Positions 39,085 through 52,905 of a stretch of DNA of 64,000 bases are shown one piece after another (the stretch's first letter is position 1; each line of letters starts with the position of its first letter). Origin of the DNA: Eledone cirrhosa (lineage: Eukaryota). Position numbers and translations under genes: made by a program. Below the pieces are notes generated by a model. The model searched no databases, was not told the origin of the DNA, and saw only the letters and a program-made list of their open reading frames with translations. Location of the stretch: positions 348,750,001 through 348,814,000 of the forward strand of contig OZ024743.1 of the NCBI GenBank assembly GCA_964016885.1, written 5' to 3'.

Positions 39085-40383
39085 ATGTTCAAATTTAATG
39101 GAAAAACATATGCCCAAGAGGAAGGAGCAGCCATTGGTGTTAGCATTGCAGGCGACATAGCTAACTTATTCATGGTATGGTGGGACAGTAGACTTAAACT
39201 CAAACTTAAAGAACAATTAGAAGACCCCTTAACCCTGATAATGTACTCCCGCTACGTTGATGATATAAACATCGTAGTTAAGACACCCCCACTAGAGAAC
39301 AGTCAGGAACTAGAGAAAAACACAATGGAAAGCATCCAGCAAATAGCAAACTCCATCCACCAGAACATTAGAGTTACTATAGACTACCCAAGTAAACACC
39401 CCAACCATCGATTACCTGTACTAGACACAGAGCTCTGGTTAGATACCATTAACAACAAAAACCAAATCCTCCATTCCCATTATGCCAAACCCATGACTTC
39501 CAAACATCTGATCCACCGAAACTCGGCCGTTTCGGACCATACCAAAATCAACATACTGATTGCGGATTTGGTACGGGTGATGAGAAATGTGTCCCGCATG
39601 TGCAACCCCGAAGAACTAGAGAGACACATACAACACTTCATCCACCGTATGCAGTTCTCTGGCTACAATCAGAGAGTTAAAATCAGAGTGTATAGAGGAG
39701 CCAGAACCAAATGGGGAAAAATCGGAAATAATGACATAAATGGGACCTGCCCCTTGTATAGGAGCAAATTTTGGAATAGAATAGAAAGAACTAGGAACAA
39801 GGCTAATAGAATAAACTCATTGTATGATAGCAATAAATACCAGAGTGTAATGTTCATCGATACAACCCCTAGAGGTGAATTAGCTTACAAATTTAGAAGG
39901 GCCCTAAATAAACATAAACTCAATATTAAGATAGTAGAAAGACCAGGTACCTCCGTAAAAAAACTTATTAGCAAGACTTACCCTTTTCAAAGACCCTCAT
40001 GTATAGATAAGAAGCGTATAACCTGTAAAATAAGCCCCCATATTAACTGTAAAACTAGAAATGTAGTGTATAGCATAAGATGTACTGAAGGACAATGTAG
40101 AGACAAAAATATAGTGTACATAGGTGTGACAGCTCGTAGTGTAGGGGAACGGATAAATGAACACTGGCGAGACCTTCAAGATATTAAAGAATCATCTGTA
40201 CTCTACCAACATGCTAAAATAGAACACAAGGGTAAATTAGAAAACATAGAAATAAAAATAGAATCTATTCACAGAAAAGACGCAATGTTTAGACAAATTA
40301 CAGAGGCAATAAACATAAAAGAATTACAACCAAAATTAAATAGAAAATATGAGTGGAACAGCAACATCACAACTTACAATTAA
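39085..40383 (+). CDS. Penelope-like element polyprotein, C-terminal 432 aa (RT motifs B-E, thumb, Cys-containing linker, GIY-YIG endonuclease); 5'-truncated, ATG is an internal Met
   Basis: YAQEEGAAIGVSIAGDIANLFM, YSRYVDDI, LPVLDTEL, YAKPM, VVYSIRC..IVYIGVTARSVGERINEH, RQITEAINIKELQPKLNRKYE; no internal stops. Confidence 0.92.
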   Translation: MFKFNGKTYAQEEGAAIGVSIAGDIANLFMVWWDSRLKLKLKEQLEDPLTLIMYSRYVDDINIVVKTPPLENSQELEKNTMESIQQIANSIHQNIRVTIDYPSKHPNHRLPVLDTELWLDTINNKNQILHSHYAKPMTSKHLIHRNSAVSDHTKINILIADLVRVMRNVSRMCNPEELERHIQHFIHRMQFSGYNQRVKIRVYRGARTKWGKIGNNDINGTCPLYRSKFWNRIERTRNKANRINSLYDSNKYQSVMFIDTTPRGELAYKFRRALNKHKLNIKIVERPGTSVKKLISKTYPFQRPSCIDKKRITCKISPHINCKTRNVVYSIRCTEGQCRDKNIVYIGVTARSVGERINEHWRDLQDIKESSVLYQHAKIEHKGKLENIEIKIESIHRKDAMFRQITEAINIKELQPKLNRKYEWNSNITTYN

Positions 40384-40571
40384 GGACAAAATGAAAACAT
40401 ACACACACATAGAACAAACAACCAACCAGTAACATGTAAATAAATGAACATAAACACAAACAGACACCCGGATGTGGCGCATGCGCAGACTGAGCACACA
40501 ACACACACACAGAAACAAAATGGCGTAGGACAGAACAAAGGAGAGGCACAGAAAGAAAGAAAGGAATCCCC

Positions 40572-40616
40572 AGTCACTGAGGAGGTCACAGAGTGTGTGA
40601 CGAAAGAATTATGACT
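40572..40616 (+). ncRNA. Minimal type-I hammerhead ribozyme in the PLE 3' region
   Basis: AGUCA CUGAGGA G GUCAC AGAGUGU GUGAC GAAA GAAU UA^ UGACU. 5-bp stem I, 5-bp stem II, one extra G after the core, rudimentary stem III. Confidence 0.8.
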
Positions 40617-40764
40617 ATATATAAACAACTATCTGGTTGTGGAACCAACCAACCAACCAGAAATTTATAAATTTATAAATTTATTATAAATTTATTATAA
40701 TAAATTGAAGTGAAAGCAACTGGTGCGTGTGTTTCTTATTGGCAACATGGCCCTCCCAAAGTAT

Positions 40765-41726
<962 letters not shown>

Positions 41727-42222
41727 ATATATATATATATATAAGCAAGTATTGCACCAAGAAAAAATATAAACGTCGGCGTGAAGGAGATTGAAAATGT
41801 ATCTGCTTTAACATATGTTTCTGTATTTATTTTAATAGTCTACATATGCCGACTTCAATATATATTGTTCAATCATATGGCAATACTTAACTATTTATCA
41901 CACTTCATCAGAAAGCCTATAACAGTGGAAATAACTGTTGATTACGCAGTAGAATTCAGGAATCGAATTTTCGTTTAAGAAAATGTAAATAAGTTAAAAA
42001 TAGGATGAAATACAGTCAGTTAGTGTGATAGAAGAGAGGAAAGGGAGTGGAGGTAAAGAGTTTTACATTATCACTCTGCGTGCTTAGATGTGTATGTTTT
42101 CATTTTTATATACTGTTAAAGTATCAATATATATTTAAAATGTATAATTATCATGATTTTTTCAATTAATAAGCTAAATGGACCTTGGATTCAGAGCATC
42201 AATTATTCGAATTTAAAATCTA

Positions 42223-42390
42223 TCGTATTTCCCGTCGTCAAATACGCAAGATTTTCCCTAAAATAAGTCTCAAAAATCTATCATGTGTCCTGGAGGCGGA
42301 AGTTTGTTAATTATTTCTTTCCAAATTTGCGGTTGTCAAAACTAGGGTGCGTCCTCGAGGACGAAGCGTCTTCCGCGCCGGGAAATACGG
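42223..42390. mobile_element. Tc1/mariner-superfamily (Tc2-like) MITE
   Basis: TA|TCGTATTTCCCG ... CGGGAAATACGG|TA: terminal inverted repeats with a TA target duplication. Confidence 0.7.
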
Positions 42391-42589
42391 TATATCTAGA
42401 GGGGGGTAAAATCATATATCGTAATTGATGAACTGAACAAAGATTCGTTGAGCTTATTTATCGAGAAACATGTTCCTCATACATATTAAATATGTATTGA
42501 TCCTTTAACATAATACATAACTACTCCGAATTTATTAATTTGTTGAGTTGCTTTACGTGTGACTGGTGCTTCGGAGCTCTTTCTAGCAC

Positions 42590-42962
42590 ATATTACCTGG
42601 TAGCGTCGGTCGCCATGCTTTGACGTATAGCGTTACGGCCCTTGCCATTCTGAGTTCAAATCCCGCCGAGGTTAACTTTGCCTTTCATCCTTACGGGGTC
42701 GATAAAATAAAGTACCAGTAATGTACTGGGGAATAGCAGGCCTAGTGCCAAAGGTAGAAACAATTATATATTTGGCAGTTTAGCTAGAGGGTCTACATCT
42801 ATGCTTTTCATCAAAGATTTACATCCCTTTATGGTTTGAGTTCAAATCCCGCCGAGGTTAACTTTGCCTTTCTTCTTTACGGGGTTTGTAAAATAAAGCA
42901 CCAGTAATACACTTAATACACTGGGATAATTGCTGGCCTTGTGCCAAAAGTAGAAACAATTA
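42590..42962 (+). mobile_element. Two tandem SINE family A copies
   Basis: Two cores; ATTATATATTTG follows each copy (about 42763 and 42959). Confidence 0.88.
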
Positions 42963-43422
42963 TATATTTGTTATAACAGACCTGGCCGTAAAACGTTTTT
43001 GACATTATGTGGAGTAGAGATTTAAAATAAACACTCTGCTCTTGACTGATATAAAGTTATTTTATATAGTGTACGATATATATTAAGAAAATGTATCTGA
43101 TGATTACATCCTTGTCTTTTGTTGTTTTACCAAAATCAAAAGTTGGTTGGTAATTGATAGTTCATTACAGCTATGTAAGGAAGAAATAACTTTCTTCACA
43201 TTAAAGTTCGTACATTTTCCTGGATATAATTTGCATTATATATGTGCAAAAAGGCCTGCCAATTAAGACTTAATGTTACGGCAATTCGGGGATGGTTTGA
43301 GGTTACAATAACACTGAATTGGCAGGCCATCCTCGTATCAAATCGATCCCCTATTTGATATCTTATTTTATCTGTTCGTGTTCGCCGTAATCTTGTTATC
43401 TTATGGAATTAATTATTCAATT

Positions 43423-43498
43423 AACACCTGATGAAATCACTTAAGTCTTGCATTATATTAGGATGATGAAGTTGGGCCATCGAAATATGTATAGTGTT
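43423..43498 (+). ncRNA. Hammerhead motif with degenerate, extended stem II
   Basis: AACAC CUGAUGA-(47 nt)-GAAAU AUGU AUA^ GUGUU. Stem I perfect, stem II pairs poorly. Confidence 0.6.
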
Positions 43499-43662
43499 TT
43501 TGTGGAATTACAATTCAAAACAAAATTCCCAGTCCGATCTTATATTTTGAATGAATAGTTGACTCAATTCCTGCACCAGTCACGAGATATGACATCTCTG
43601 ACGGTTGATTTACATAAGGTCGAGTGTTTTAATTCATTGCATCATCGATAGGTAAACAACCT

Positions 43663-43749
<87 letters not shown>

Positions 43750-43876
43750 GGAAGTAGAAAATTGATTATTGTAATCCAGTTCGTAGTTAAGACACCCAGT
43801 TTCATGGACGGTTTCAACGTACAGTTAGGGGTTACTCCACAAGTTTGAAAGAATCACGTTCAATCTTGGAGTGTAA

Positions 43877-44122
43877 AGGATAAAAGAGAAAACACAGGTA
43901 AGCATTAAAAAAAGGATTTTATCCAGGTATTTACGACCGTTTCATTGGTTAACCATAGGTTTGTACACGTCAAAATTTTGAAAATTTGGCCGTGTACAAC
44001 AATTATTATTGAGTGGCTGCTATTTGCAGTATTGCAATATAAGGTTGCACTTACCAATGAAACGGTCGTAAATACCTGGATAAAATCCTTTTTTTAATGC
44101 TTACCCGTGTTTTCTCTTTTAT

Positions 44123-44125
<3 letters not shown>
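43877..44125. mobile_element. Fold-back element, about 73-bp arms (43877-43949 and 44053-44125), ending at (TA)n
   Basis: Arms nearly identical; each contains GAAAC GGUC GUA AAUAC, the 3' half of a hammerhead. Confidence 0.8.
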
Positions 44126-44161
<36 letters not shown>

Positions 44162-44416
44162 GGAAAAAATGAAACGAAATTTCATTTCTCACCCTTAGTA
44201 CGGCTGTTACTTAAATATAAGTATGTATACGTACATACATATATGTATATAGACGTACAGTAGTATGTATATATATATATACATACATGCACACATATAA
44301 TATATGTACGTGTGGATTTACCGAACATTTATTATAATGTTCGGTGTGTTTGTAAAACATCCCGAATTAAGCCGTACAGTGTTTAGCAACCATCGTTGCC
44401 CTTTTGGTCAACACTG

Positions 44417-44465
<49 letters not shown>

Positions 44466-45639
44466 ATATGTATTCTAAAAATAATATTTCATTTAAAAAA
44501 AATAAAAGTTGAAGAAAACCTTTTTTATATATTTTTTTTTAATTTGAACTTAAAGTTTTTGAGGAACTTTCAAAGTTTTCAAGTATTTATAGGTTTTGCC
44601 GTCTGAAGAGCTCAGGCTATCGTAATTGATTGTCGTCGGTGAAATATGTCTAACGGGGTTTTAAATAGACCTGAATCAACTGATTATGGCCTCTGATTTT
44701 TTAAGAATATATAATCCTCCGGTGTGAAACATTTTTACGGGTCGTTGATCGCTTCGTTTTATCTGCTTCATAGCCAACCGACAATGTTGTTGTCCACACA
44801 ACCCTAGTCGGGTAATTTCAATACCCAATCAATATATCTAAAAGCTACTAAACGGTGACACTAAGAAAAGTTTAACCTGTCTTGACTAACCCTCTGTGAT
44901 CCATAAAACCGAAATATATATAGGATTATGAAAAGTTGAATATATGATATTCTTCCAAACACCTTCAGTATCACAATTTACATAATTCGAACTCAAACTG
45001 AAAATACACACAAACGCGTCAAAAGAGTAACGAGATCTAACACCCATAAATTCTCTTCTTATTTTCAACGAATATAAAAATGTTCAACAATAAAACTCCA
45101 ACCACTATCTATAAAAAGATATTATCTCAAACCGGACAATCCTACTTACAACTATAAAAATATCATTTCAACCCCTAGAACACAGAACAGCACATACGTT
45201 TCATCGCTAGTAATAACAAAAATTCAGACAAAGGTGCAATAATTTATCTGCTGGAACAAATAAATCCATTCTTTGTGTTGAAATATAATATACAGTAATA
45301 ACAATTATTTCAGTTCTACCGAAAAAACTATGACACGTTCCTTATCTATTAAAAATCACTAAACTCTTTGAACACGAAATATTCTAATTTTGCCTGAATA
45401 CTACTGCTTAAGCCCCAGCAATATAATTTCATGACACAAATAGTTGACTAAACTACTATCTTTATAAAAAAACTCTAACTAATACTTGAACGGGAATTGG
45501 TCCTCTAACACAGTACCCTCCTAATGTTTTATCTCAATGTACAACGACCCAAATTTGCCTCCGAATTATGTTTGCCTTCCGAAGAGCTGCGAAATGCATG
45601 ATTTTTTCAGCTGAGTGCTCAGTAAATTATGAATTATAT

Positions 45640-45697
45640 AATCCCCCTCTTGACTGATGCGGTTCATGGCAATAATAGCGAAACACGTGTAAAAGGT
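45640..45697 (+). ncRNA. Degenerate hammerhead, probably at the end of an old PLE remnant
   Basis: CUGAUGC ... GC GAAAC ACGU GUA AAAGG; palindromic loop III, core substitution, weak stems; followed by (TA)n. Confidence 0.4.
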
Positions 45698-45975
45698 GAT
45701 CAAATAAACGAAACAACCTATTCAAAGCCTCTGGGATGATTCCACTGTATTCCGCTCACACACATGCTATATATATATATATATGAATTGTTCACATGAA
45801 AATTCATTGCTTAACCATAGGTTTTCTGGCGAGACAGTCTTGCATATATACAAGCCATATATGCTAGCCATACCTTCAGGCGAACTATATTACAATATAC
45901 AATCGTAAATATAGGTTTCTTAAATATGATCCTAGTAGAAGAAGAAGAAGTAGTAGTAGTAGTAGTAGTAGCAGC

Positions 45976-46043
<68 letters not shown>

Positions 46044-46165
46044 GAACGCCTGCAACAACAATACCAATAAAATGTAGCAAAATATTAATGAATAAATATA
46101 AAACATTCCGTTTAAATTGTATTTTCTGTGTAAGTATTTATTTAAGTACACATACACACACACAT

Positions 46166-46230
<65 letters not shown>

Positions 46231-48267
46231 ATAAAATAACAGATTTATTTAATGAAAATTTGCTCTAGGGTTCTTATATATTTGATATATATTTATCCTT
46301 ATCGAGCCCTCTTCGGATCTTAGTCTTCACATTCATTATTATTACTATATATTTGTATATATATATGTGTGGGGCTGTCTGTCTCTTTGTGTGTGTGTGT
46401 GTGTGTGTGTGCATGTGTTGTTTTATATGTGTGTAGACACGTTCATGTACGTGTAGAGATGGTATTACATCTGTGTATATATATGTCTAGTGCCGTTGTT
46501 ACATTTATGCACGGGAGCATGTGTTTGTATTCGTACAAGGGTATGCTTGCGTGGGTCTTTGTTGTTTCTATTGTGTGGCTGTTCTATTATTTGCGAGTGT
46601 ACGTGTGAATATGTGTATGATGGTGCTATTCAGTGTATATTTGTTTTGTTGCATGTATGTCTGCGTATGTGTATAGTAGTTTTTAAGTCTGTTCTTTTGC
46701 GTGTGTACCTATTATGTTAATATGTGCGGATCTACTTATTATGTGCATGTGTGTTTGTGTATGTGTGCATACATTTGTATATATGTATTTTGATTTTGTG
46801 TATGTGTATCTGTGTTTATATGTGTATTCATATGCAGGTCTACACATTGACAAGTGTGGATGTATTTATGTATTTCTTACTTTCCTTTATCTGTGCATGT
46901 ATGTGCATATGTATTTGTATATGTCTGTGTACGCATGTGTATGTATACATGCGCGTATCCATATGCATGTGTGTATGTTCGTATACTTGCGTCTGTGCAC
47001 CACATATGTATTTGCTTCTATGTACGAATATGTCTATGTGTGTTTTTGTATGAGTGATTGGGTGTGTGTATGTGTGTGCGTGACGGTTGGGGAGTCGTTG
47101 GTAGGGAAAGAAGTGGGAAGGTGTTGGAAGTTGGAACATGTGGTGGCTGGAGGCGGTTTTTCATTGTAAATATTGTAAGATAGGGGTGCGTACGATGGTG
47201 AAGAGTGAAGTATGGGGTAGTAATAGGGTGGGCAACAGAAGACGGAAGGAAGGGTTAAATTAAAAAGGAAGAGGTAGCGATGGTGACGATAGTGGTTGTG
47301 GTTGTAATCATGATGAGGAGAGGGATTGTGATGTTGGTGTTAGTGGTGCTGTTTGTGGTGGCACTAGTGACTGTAGTGATGTTGATCGTGATGGTTGTTC
47401 GTGAGGATGTTGTTCGCGATGGTTGTGGTCCATGTGGCGGTGGTGATGTTGATTGTGGCGGGGGTAGTCCTGGTGGTGAATGTGTTTGTCGTGATAATGA
47501 TGATGGTGGTGATAGATGTGGTGAGAGTGGTATTATAATAGAGGTGATGGTGTCAGTTCCGTGGTAGTGCAGTTCAAAGTGATGTTACTAGTGGAGGTGT
47601 TGTAGGTAGTAGTGGTTAGAGTGTTAGAGATGGAAGTTGTGGGAGGCTGGCTGGTGGTAGTATCCTTTGTGTTGTTGGTGCTGGAGGTCGATATAGAGAT
47701 GGTTGTTGTGTGGTTAACGGAAGAGGTGTAGATGGTGGTAATGATGTCGATGGGGTAATAGAAATAGAGGTGGAAGTTGTGCTGATGTTGATGTTGGTAG
47801 TGGTAGCAGCGGTAGTGGTGTTCGCAGTAGTAATGATTATGGTGGAAGAGATAGGCGTGGTAATAGAAGTGGTGGTGGTGGGAGTAGTGATAGTCGTAGT
47901 AGTGTTGGTAATGTTAGTGAACATGATGGTAGCGCCGGAGATAATGATGGTTCTTGTGGTGGCTGTTTTTGTGGTAGTGGTAGAAGCAGTAACTGCGATA
48001 AGACCACGAGGAAAGAAAATTGATGAAAAGTGGAAAGGAGAGAAAAAGAACACAAAGAAGAATGTCAGAAGAAAATGGGAAAACACAGGGACGAAATAAT
48101 AAACATATAATAAAAACAATATCAACACAAACACAATAAAAATATGAGTAAAGATATATAATTATAAATGAAAAATGTAATACAAAATAAATAAATCTAT
48201 GAACAAAAATGAAATAAATAGAAATATGAACAAAAATGAACATCCAAACATTTGAAATTGGAAATCT

Positions 48268-48627
48268 AGTCGTGCCAACATAAATAACTATTATAATAGT
48301 CGATCACTATAAATAATAGTTGAGAAAATCTGTCTATTTTTCCCGTCTCCAGGGGTACTTTAACCGAATCGCTCAACCATTATTTATAGGGATCAACTAC
48401 TATTATATTCTTTTACGTTGGATTGGCAGTATTGGTAGAGCGCCGGAAGCCATGCTTTGACGCATAGAGTTACGGCCCTTTCCATTCTGAGTTCAAATCC
48501 CGCCGAGGTTAACTTTGCCTTTCATCCTTAAGGGGTCGATAAAATAAAGTACCAGTAATACACTGGTTATTTGCTGGCCTTGTGCCAAAAGTAGAAACAA
48601 TTATATTCTTTTACGTTGGAACGACTA
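48268..48627. repeat. Older inverted repeat whose right arm is interrupted by a SINE
   Basis: 48268-48330 pairs with 48366-48422 plus 48621-48627. Confidence 0.6.
48423..48599 (+). mobile_element. SINE family A with 21-bp TSD
   Basis: ATTATATTCTTTTACGTTGGA at 48402-48422 and 48600-48620. Confidence 0.92.
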
Positions 48628-48659
48628 CATTTCAAATAATAAACAAAAATGAAAAAATA

Positions 48660-49450
48660 TGAATTATAAAACAAAGAGAAATATATAAAAAAGGAAGAAA
48701 AAAAGGAAGCATGGAAGAAAGAAAAAATAAGAAAGAAAGAATGAAAAGAAGAATGGAAGAAAGGAAAAAAAAAGAAAAAATAAAGAACGAAAGGAAGAAT
48801 GGAAGAAAGGAAGAAAAGAAGAAAGAATGAATGAAAAGAAGAATGGAAGAAAGGAAAAATAAGAAAGAAAGAATGAAAGGAAGAATGGAAGAAAGGAAAA
48901 AAGAAGAAAGAAAGAATGAAAAGACGAATGGAAGAAAGGAAAAAAAAGAAGAGGGAAAGAATGAAAAGAAGTACGGAAGAAAGGAAAAAAGAAGAGAGAA
49001 AGAATGAAAGGAAGAATAGAAGACATTAAAGAGAAAGACAAGACGAAAAATATTACATGGAATCAGAAAAGTAAAGAAAGGAAATAATCAAGTAAAGAAA
49101 AAAAGCAGAAAAACAATTAAAGAATATAAGAAATGGAGGAAAGAAAGAAAAGTAGGAGGAGAAAGAAATAAGAAAAAAAAAAGAATGGACACATTGATTG
49201 AATGAAAGCCAGAAGAAGTAAAGTAAGAAAATTACAGACATGAAAAAATGAAATAAGGAGGATTAAGAAATAATAAAAAGTAAAAGAAAGAATGAATGAA
49301 AGAAAGATCGAGAAAGGAAAGAAGTAAGAAAGAAAAATAATAGGAGAGAAAAATGAAAGGAAAGGCATTAGAATGAAATAAATAAAGAAGATACAAATGA
49401 GAAAGTCTGTAATTATAATAGAAAGCAAAATTTGATGTATAGGAGACTGA
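48660..49450. repeat. Purine-rich degenerate tandem repeat
   Basis: Recurrent GAATGGAAGAAAGGAAAA and GAATGAAAAGAA blocks. Confidence 0.8.
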
Positions 49451-49459
49451 AAGAGAAAT

Positions 49460-50175
49460 AATTGTTTCTACTTTTGGCACAAGGCCAGCAATTTTTCAGT
49501 GTATTACTGGTACTTTGTATGATCGAGCCCGTAAGGATGAAAGGCAAAGTTAACCTCGGCGGGTTTGAACTCAGAATGACAAGGGCCTCTTTGCTGCAAA
49601 GCATGGCGTCGACTCTCTACCGATACTGCAAATCCACCGGACGTAAAATAAATAATTGTTTCTAGTTGTGTCACAAGGACAGCAATTATACCAGTACATT
49701 ACTGGTATTTAATTTATCGACCCCGTAAGGATGAAAGGCAAAGTTAACCTCGAAGAGAAATAATTGTTTCTATTTTAGGCACACTGCCAGCAATTACTGG
49801 TACTTTATTTTATCGACCCCGTAAGGATGAAAGGCTAAGTTAACCTCGGCGGGATTTGAACTCAGATCATAAAGGGACGTAACTCTATGTTTCAAATCAT
49901 GGTGTCCGACTCTCTACCGATACTGCCAATCCACCGCTCGAAGAGAAATAATGAAAGAAGGAATTTGAAAAATAAAATATATAAATGTGGAGAAGAGAGT
50001 AAATTAAAGGAAAAAACAGACAATGGAAGGGAAGAAGAAGACAAGCAGAATGAAGGATGTATAGAAAGAAAGATAATTGTTTCTACTTTTGGCACAAGGC
50101 CACCAATTATCTCAGTGCATTACTGGTACTTTATTTTATCGACCCTGTAAGGATGAAATGCAAAGTTAACCTCGG
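49460..50175 (-). mobile_element. Cluster of four SINE family A copies (49460-49640, 49655-49752, 49762-49938, 50075-50175)
   Basis: Family core on the minus strand; TSD-like GAAGAGAAATAAT and GAAAGATAAT flanks. Confidence 0.88.
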
Positions 50176-50221
50176 AAAGATAATGATATATATATAAATA
50201 TATATATATGGATATATAGAT

Positions 50222-50290
<69 letters not shown>

Positions 50291-50296
<6 letters not shown>

Positions 50297-50765
50297 AAGA
50301 ATGAAGAGTAACATGGTTGGCTTTACAATAAGGGGCTTTATTTAAAGTACTGACAATTGTTTCGTTGATCAGGTGAGTCTAGACTTCGCTAATCATTTGA
50401 AGTTGCCTAACTCGATCTCCAATATATTTTAGTACGTAGATACTCTGATGTGTTGACCAGAAGTAAATAATGTATTGGAGCTCGAGTGACGCAACTTCAA
50501 GCGATTAGCGAACTCTAGACACACCTGATCAACGAAACAATTTTCAGTACTTTAAATAAAGCCCCTTATTGTACAGCCAACCATGTTACTCTTCATTCTT
50601 TAACTATTATTACTCCAAGTATAACCTGCATAGAAGTTACCGCGAACTCGCTGCATAACTATGAAAACATGTTGTTGAGTCAAACAAAACCGTACGTTAA
50701 AACTATCCACGACGCAGAGTACCCACAACATCTAATTGGATGACCTATAACGATAACTTGTTATC

Positions 50766-50770
<5 letters not shown>
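50291..50770. mobile_element. Fold-back element family D, copy 2, between (TA)n tracts
   Basis: Arms about 50291-50425 and 50470-50606; the right arm extends to 50770. Homologous to 40931-41726. Confidence 0.85.
50441..50549 (+). ncRNA. Hammerhead-like motif with long stem II and CUGAUGU core (second copy)
   Basis: UACU CUGAUGU GUUGACCAG...CUGAUCAAC GAAAC AAUU UUC AGUA; the inverted arm retains GUC. Confidence 0.55.
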
Positions 50771-50848
<78 letters not shown>

Positions 50849-51368
50849 GTATATGTTAGTTGTATACCAACACCTCACTATGCATATTGGAGCACTCGAC
50901 GAAGTGCGCAGGTTGGTTTGGTTACTCCGGAGTAATGTAAAATAAACTAAAGTCAAATATTTAAAATTTGGCTTCGTTTATTACTGCTATATATATTTAG
51001 GTGACAGCCATCTTTAGCTGTGACCTCTTCTGGCAGTCCGAATTAGTGTGGTAGAGACGAGTACACATGTTGTTGAGGTGTTTAACTTTATCAATACTCT
51101 GATTGGCCCAGTTCCTGGTTGGGTTGTTATTTCACTGAGGAACTGGAATCATATGAATTTTAAAAAACGAATTTCAGCGTCAAAGGACATCCTCTCCTCT
51201 CATTGGTCAGTTGTGAGAACATTCCTCAGTCAAAAGTCTAGAAAAATTCGTTTGGAAGCGAGGCAATCTGTAACCATGTTACATCTTCGCACACCGCCTG
51301 TGAACGCGATTCAATTCCACCTTTTCCAACTCACATACACACACGCACACACGCCCACTCACAAACAC

Positions 51369-51550
<182 letters not shown>

Positions 51551-52124
51551 ATACTTTGGGAGGGTCATGTTGCCAATAAATTTGCTAAACAAATTCAGAA
51601 ACTATATATATATATATACTTAAAGTTATAAGTGTGAAGAGCAAATGGACGAAAAGCACCTAACACTTCTTCAAAGTCCCAACTGCGCAATCTCACCGAC
51701 TAGTATGCAGTTAAAGTTCACTTAATGTGCACTCAAGCTGCGAGGTTGTGGGCTTGTGAATTGACACGCTTAGTAACAAATTCACCGAACTGACCGCTAC
51801 AAGTGAAATTTTCCAAAGGGAAAATTATCACGTAGTTTTACGGTAAATACAGACGTGTATTAAAGTTTAAACTGTTGACGAGTAATTTAGTTTCTAGGAT
51901 AAGCGGTCTATTTAAGCCTAACGAGTTAATTAACCATAAGGGATTTAGGACAAATTATAGAAAATACATATGCATATTGATACATATGTATAAACTCGTA
52001 TATGGGTCCTATCCATCCTCTACCAGTTTTGCTTAATGAATGAATGAATGAAATACATAATTAATTAATCAGGGCTACATAAAATTATAAGTGTGAAAAG
52101 CAAATGCTCTTTACTCTTAAAATG

Positions 52125-52196
<72 letters not shown>

Positions 52197-52278
52197 GAAT
52201 GGGAAAAGGCTCCAAAAACATCATCTTTGTCGTTTTAATTTGGATTGTCTCGAGAACGAAACCTTATTATGTAATACA

Positions 52279-52330
52279 GCTGTCTGATGAATCGCGTGGC
52301 TACTGTAGTCATTGAAATATCTATCACAGC
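52279..52330 (+). ncRNA. Minimal type-I hammerhead ribozyme in a ~190-bp insert between (TA)n tracts
   Basis: GCUGU CUGAUGA AUCGC GUGGCUAC U GUAGUCAUU GAAAU AUCU AUC^ ACAGC; stem I perfect. Confidence 0.75.
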
Positions 52331-52574
52331 CATTATCAACAAAGGAGTTTAACATCTCCAACTACTTCTCATTTTCTTATTATTTATATATATATATTAG
52401 GTATAAATCTAAGTTGTTACTGCCATATAGCAGGTAATGCTCCAGTTATTTGAGGCAATCACAAAGCAATCAATTGAGCGAGATGTTAATACAGAATAAA
52501 CACCAGTTAAAAAGTGTGATCTATATATATAACTATTTTTATTTGACTCTAACCCGAACCCTAACTCTAACGTC

Positions 52575-52905
52575 CATTTACGGTCTGAGTTCAAATTCCT
52601 TCGATGTAAAGTTTGCCTTTCATCCTTACGTGGTGCTTAAAATAAAGCACCAGTAATGAACTGAGATAATTGCTGGCCTTGTGTCAAAAGCAGAAACAAT
52701 TATCATTCGAAAGTTTGATTGCCTTATTAACAGCAGTATCGGACAACATGCTTTGTGGCATATAGTTACGTCCCTTTACGCTCTGAGTTCAAATCACGCC
52801 GAGGTTAACTTTGTCTTTCATCCTTATGGGGTCGATAAAATAAATTGAATCGAATTTCCCCTCCCCCAAAATTGCTGGGTTTGTGCCTATATAAGAAACC
52901 ATTAT
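52575..52905 (+). mobile_element. Two SINE family A copies
   Basis: Two GAGTTCAAAT..TTTCATCCTTAYG cores with tails. Confidence 0.8.

Larger units (their letters stand above)
39066..40700 (+). mobile_element. Penelope-like retroelement (C-terminal GIY-YIG type), 5'-truncated, inserted in (TA)n
   Basis: The ORF above plus a 3' pseudo-LTR region containing a hammerhead; TA tracts on both sides. Confidence 0.88.

Noticed and set aside
43253-44345. Small inverted repeats (GGCCTGCCAATT/AATTGGCAGGCC; ACCGAACATT/AATGTTCGGT)
   Set aside because: Arms of 10-12 bp are too short to assign to an element or function.
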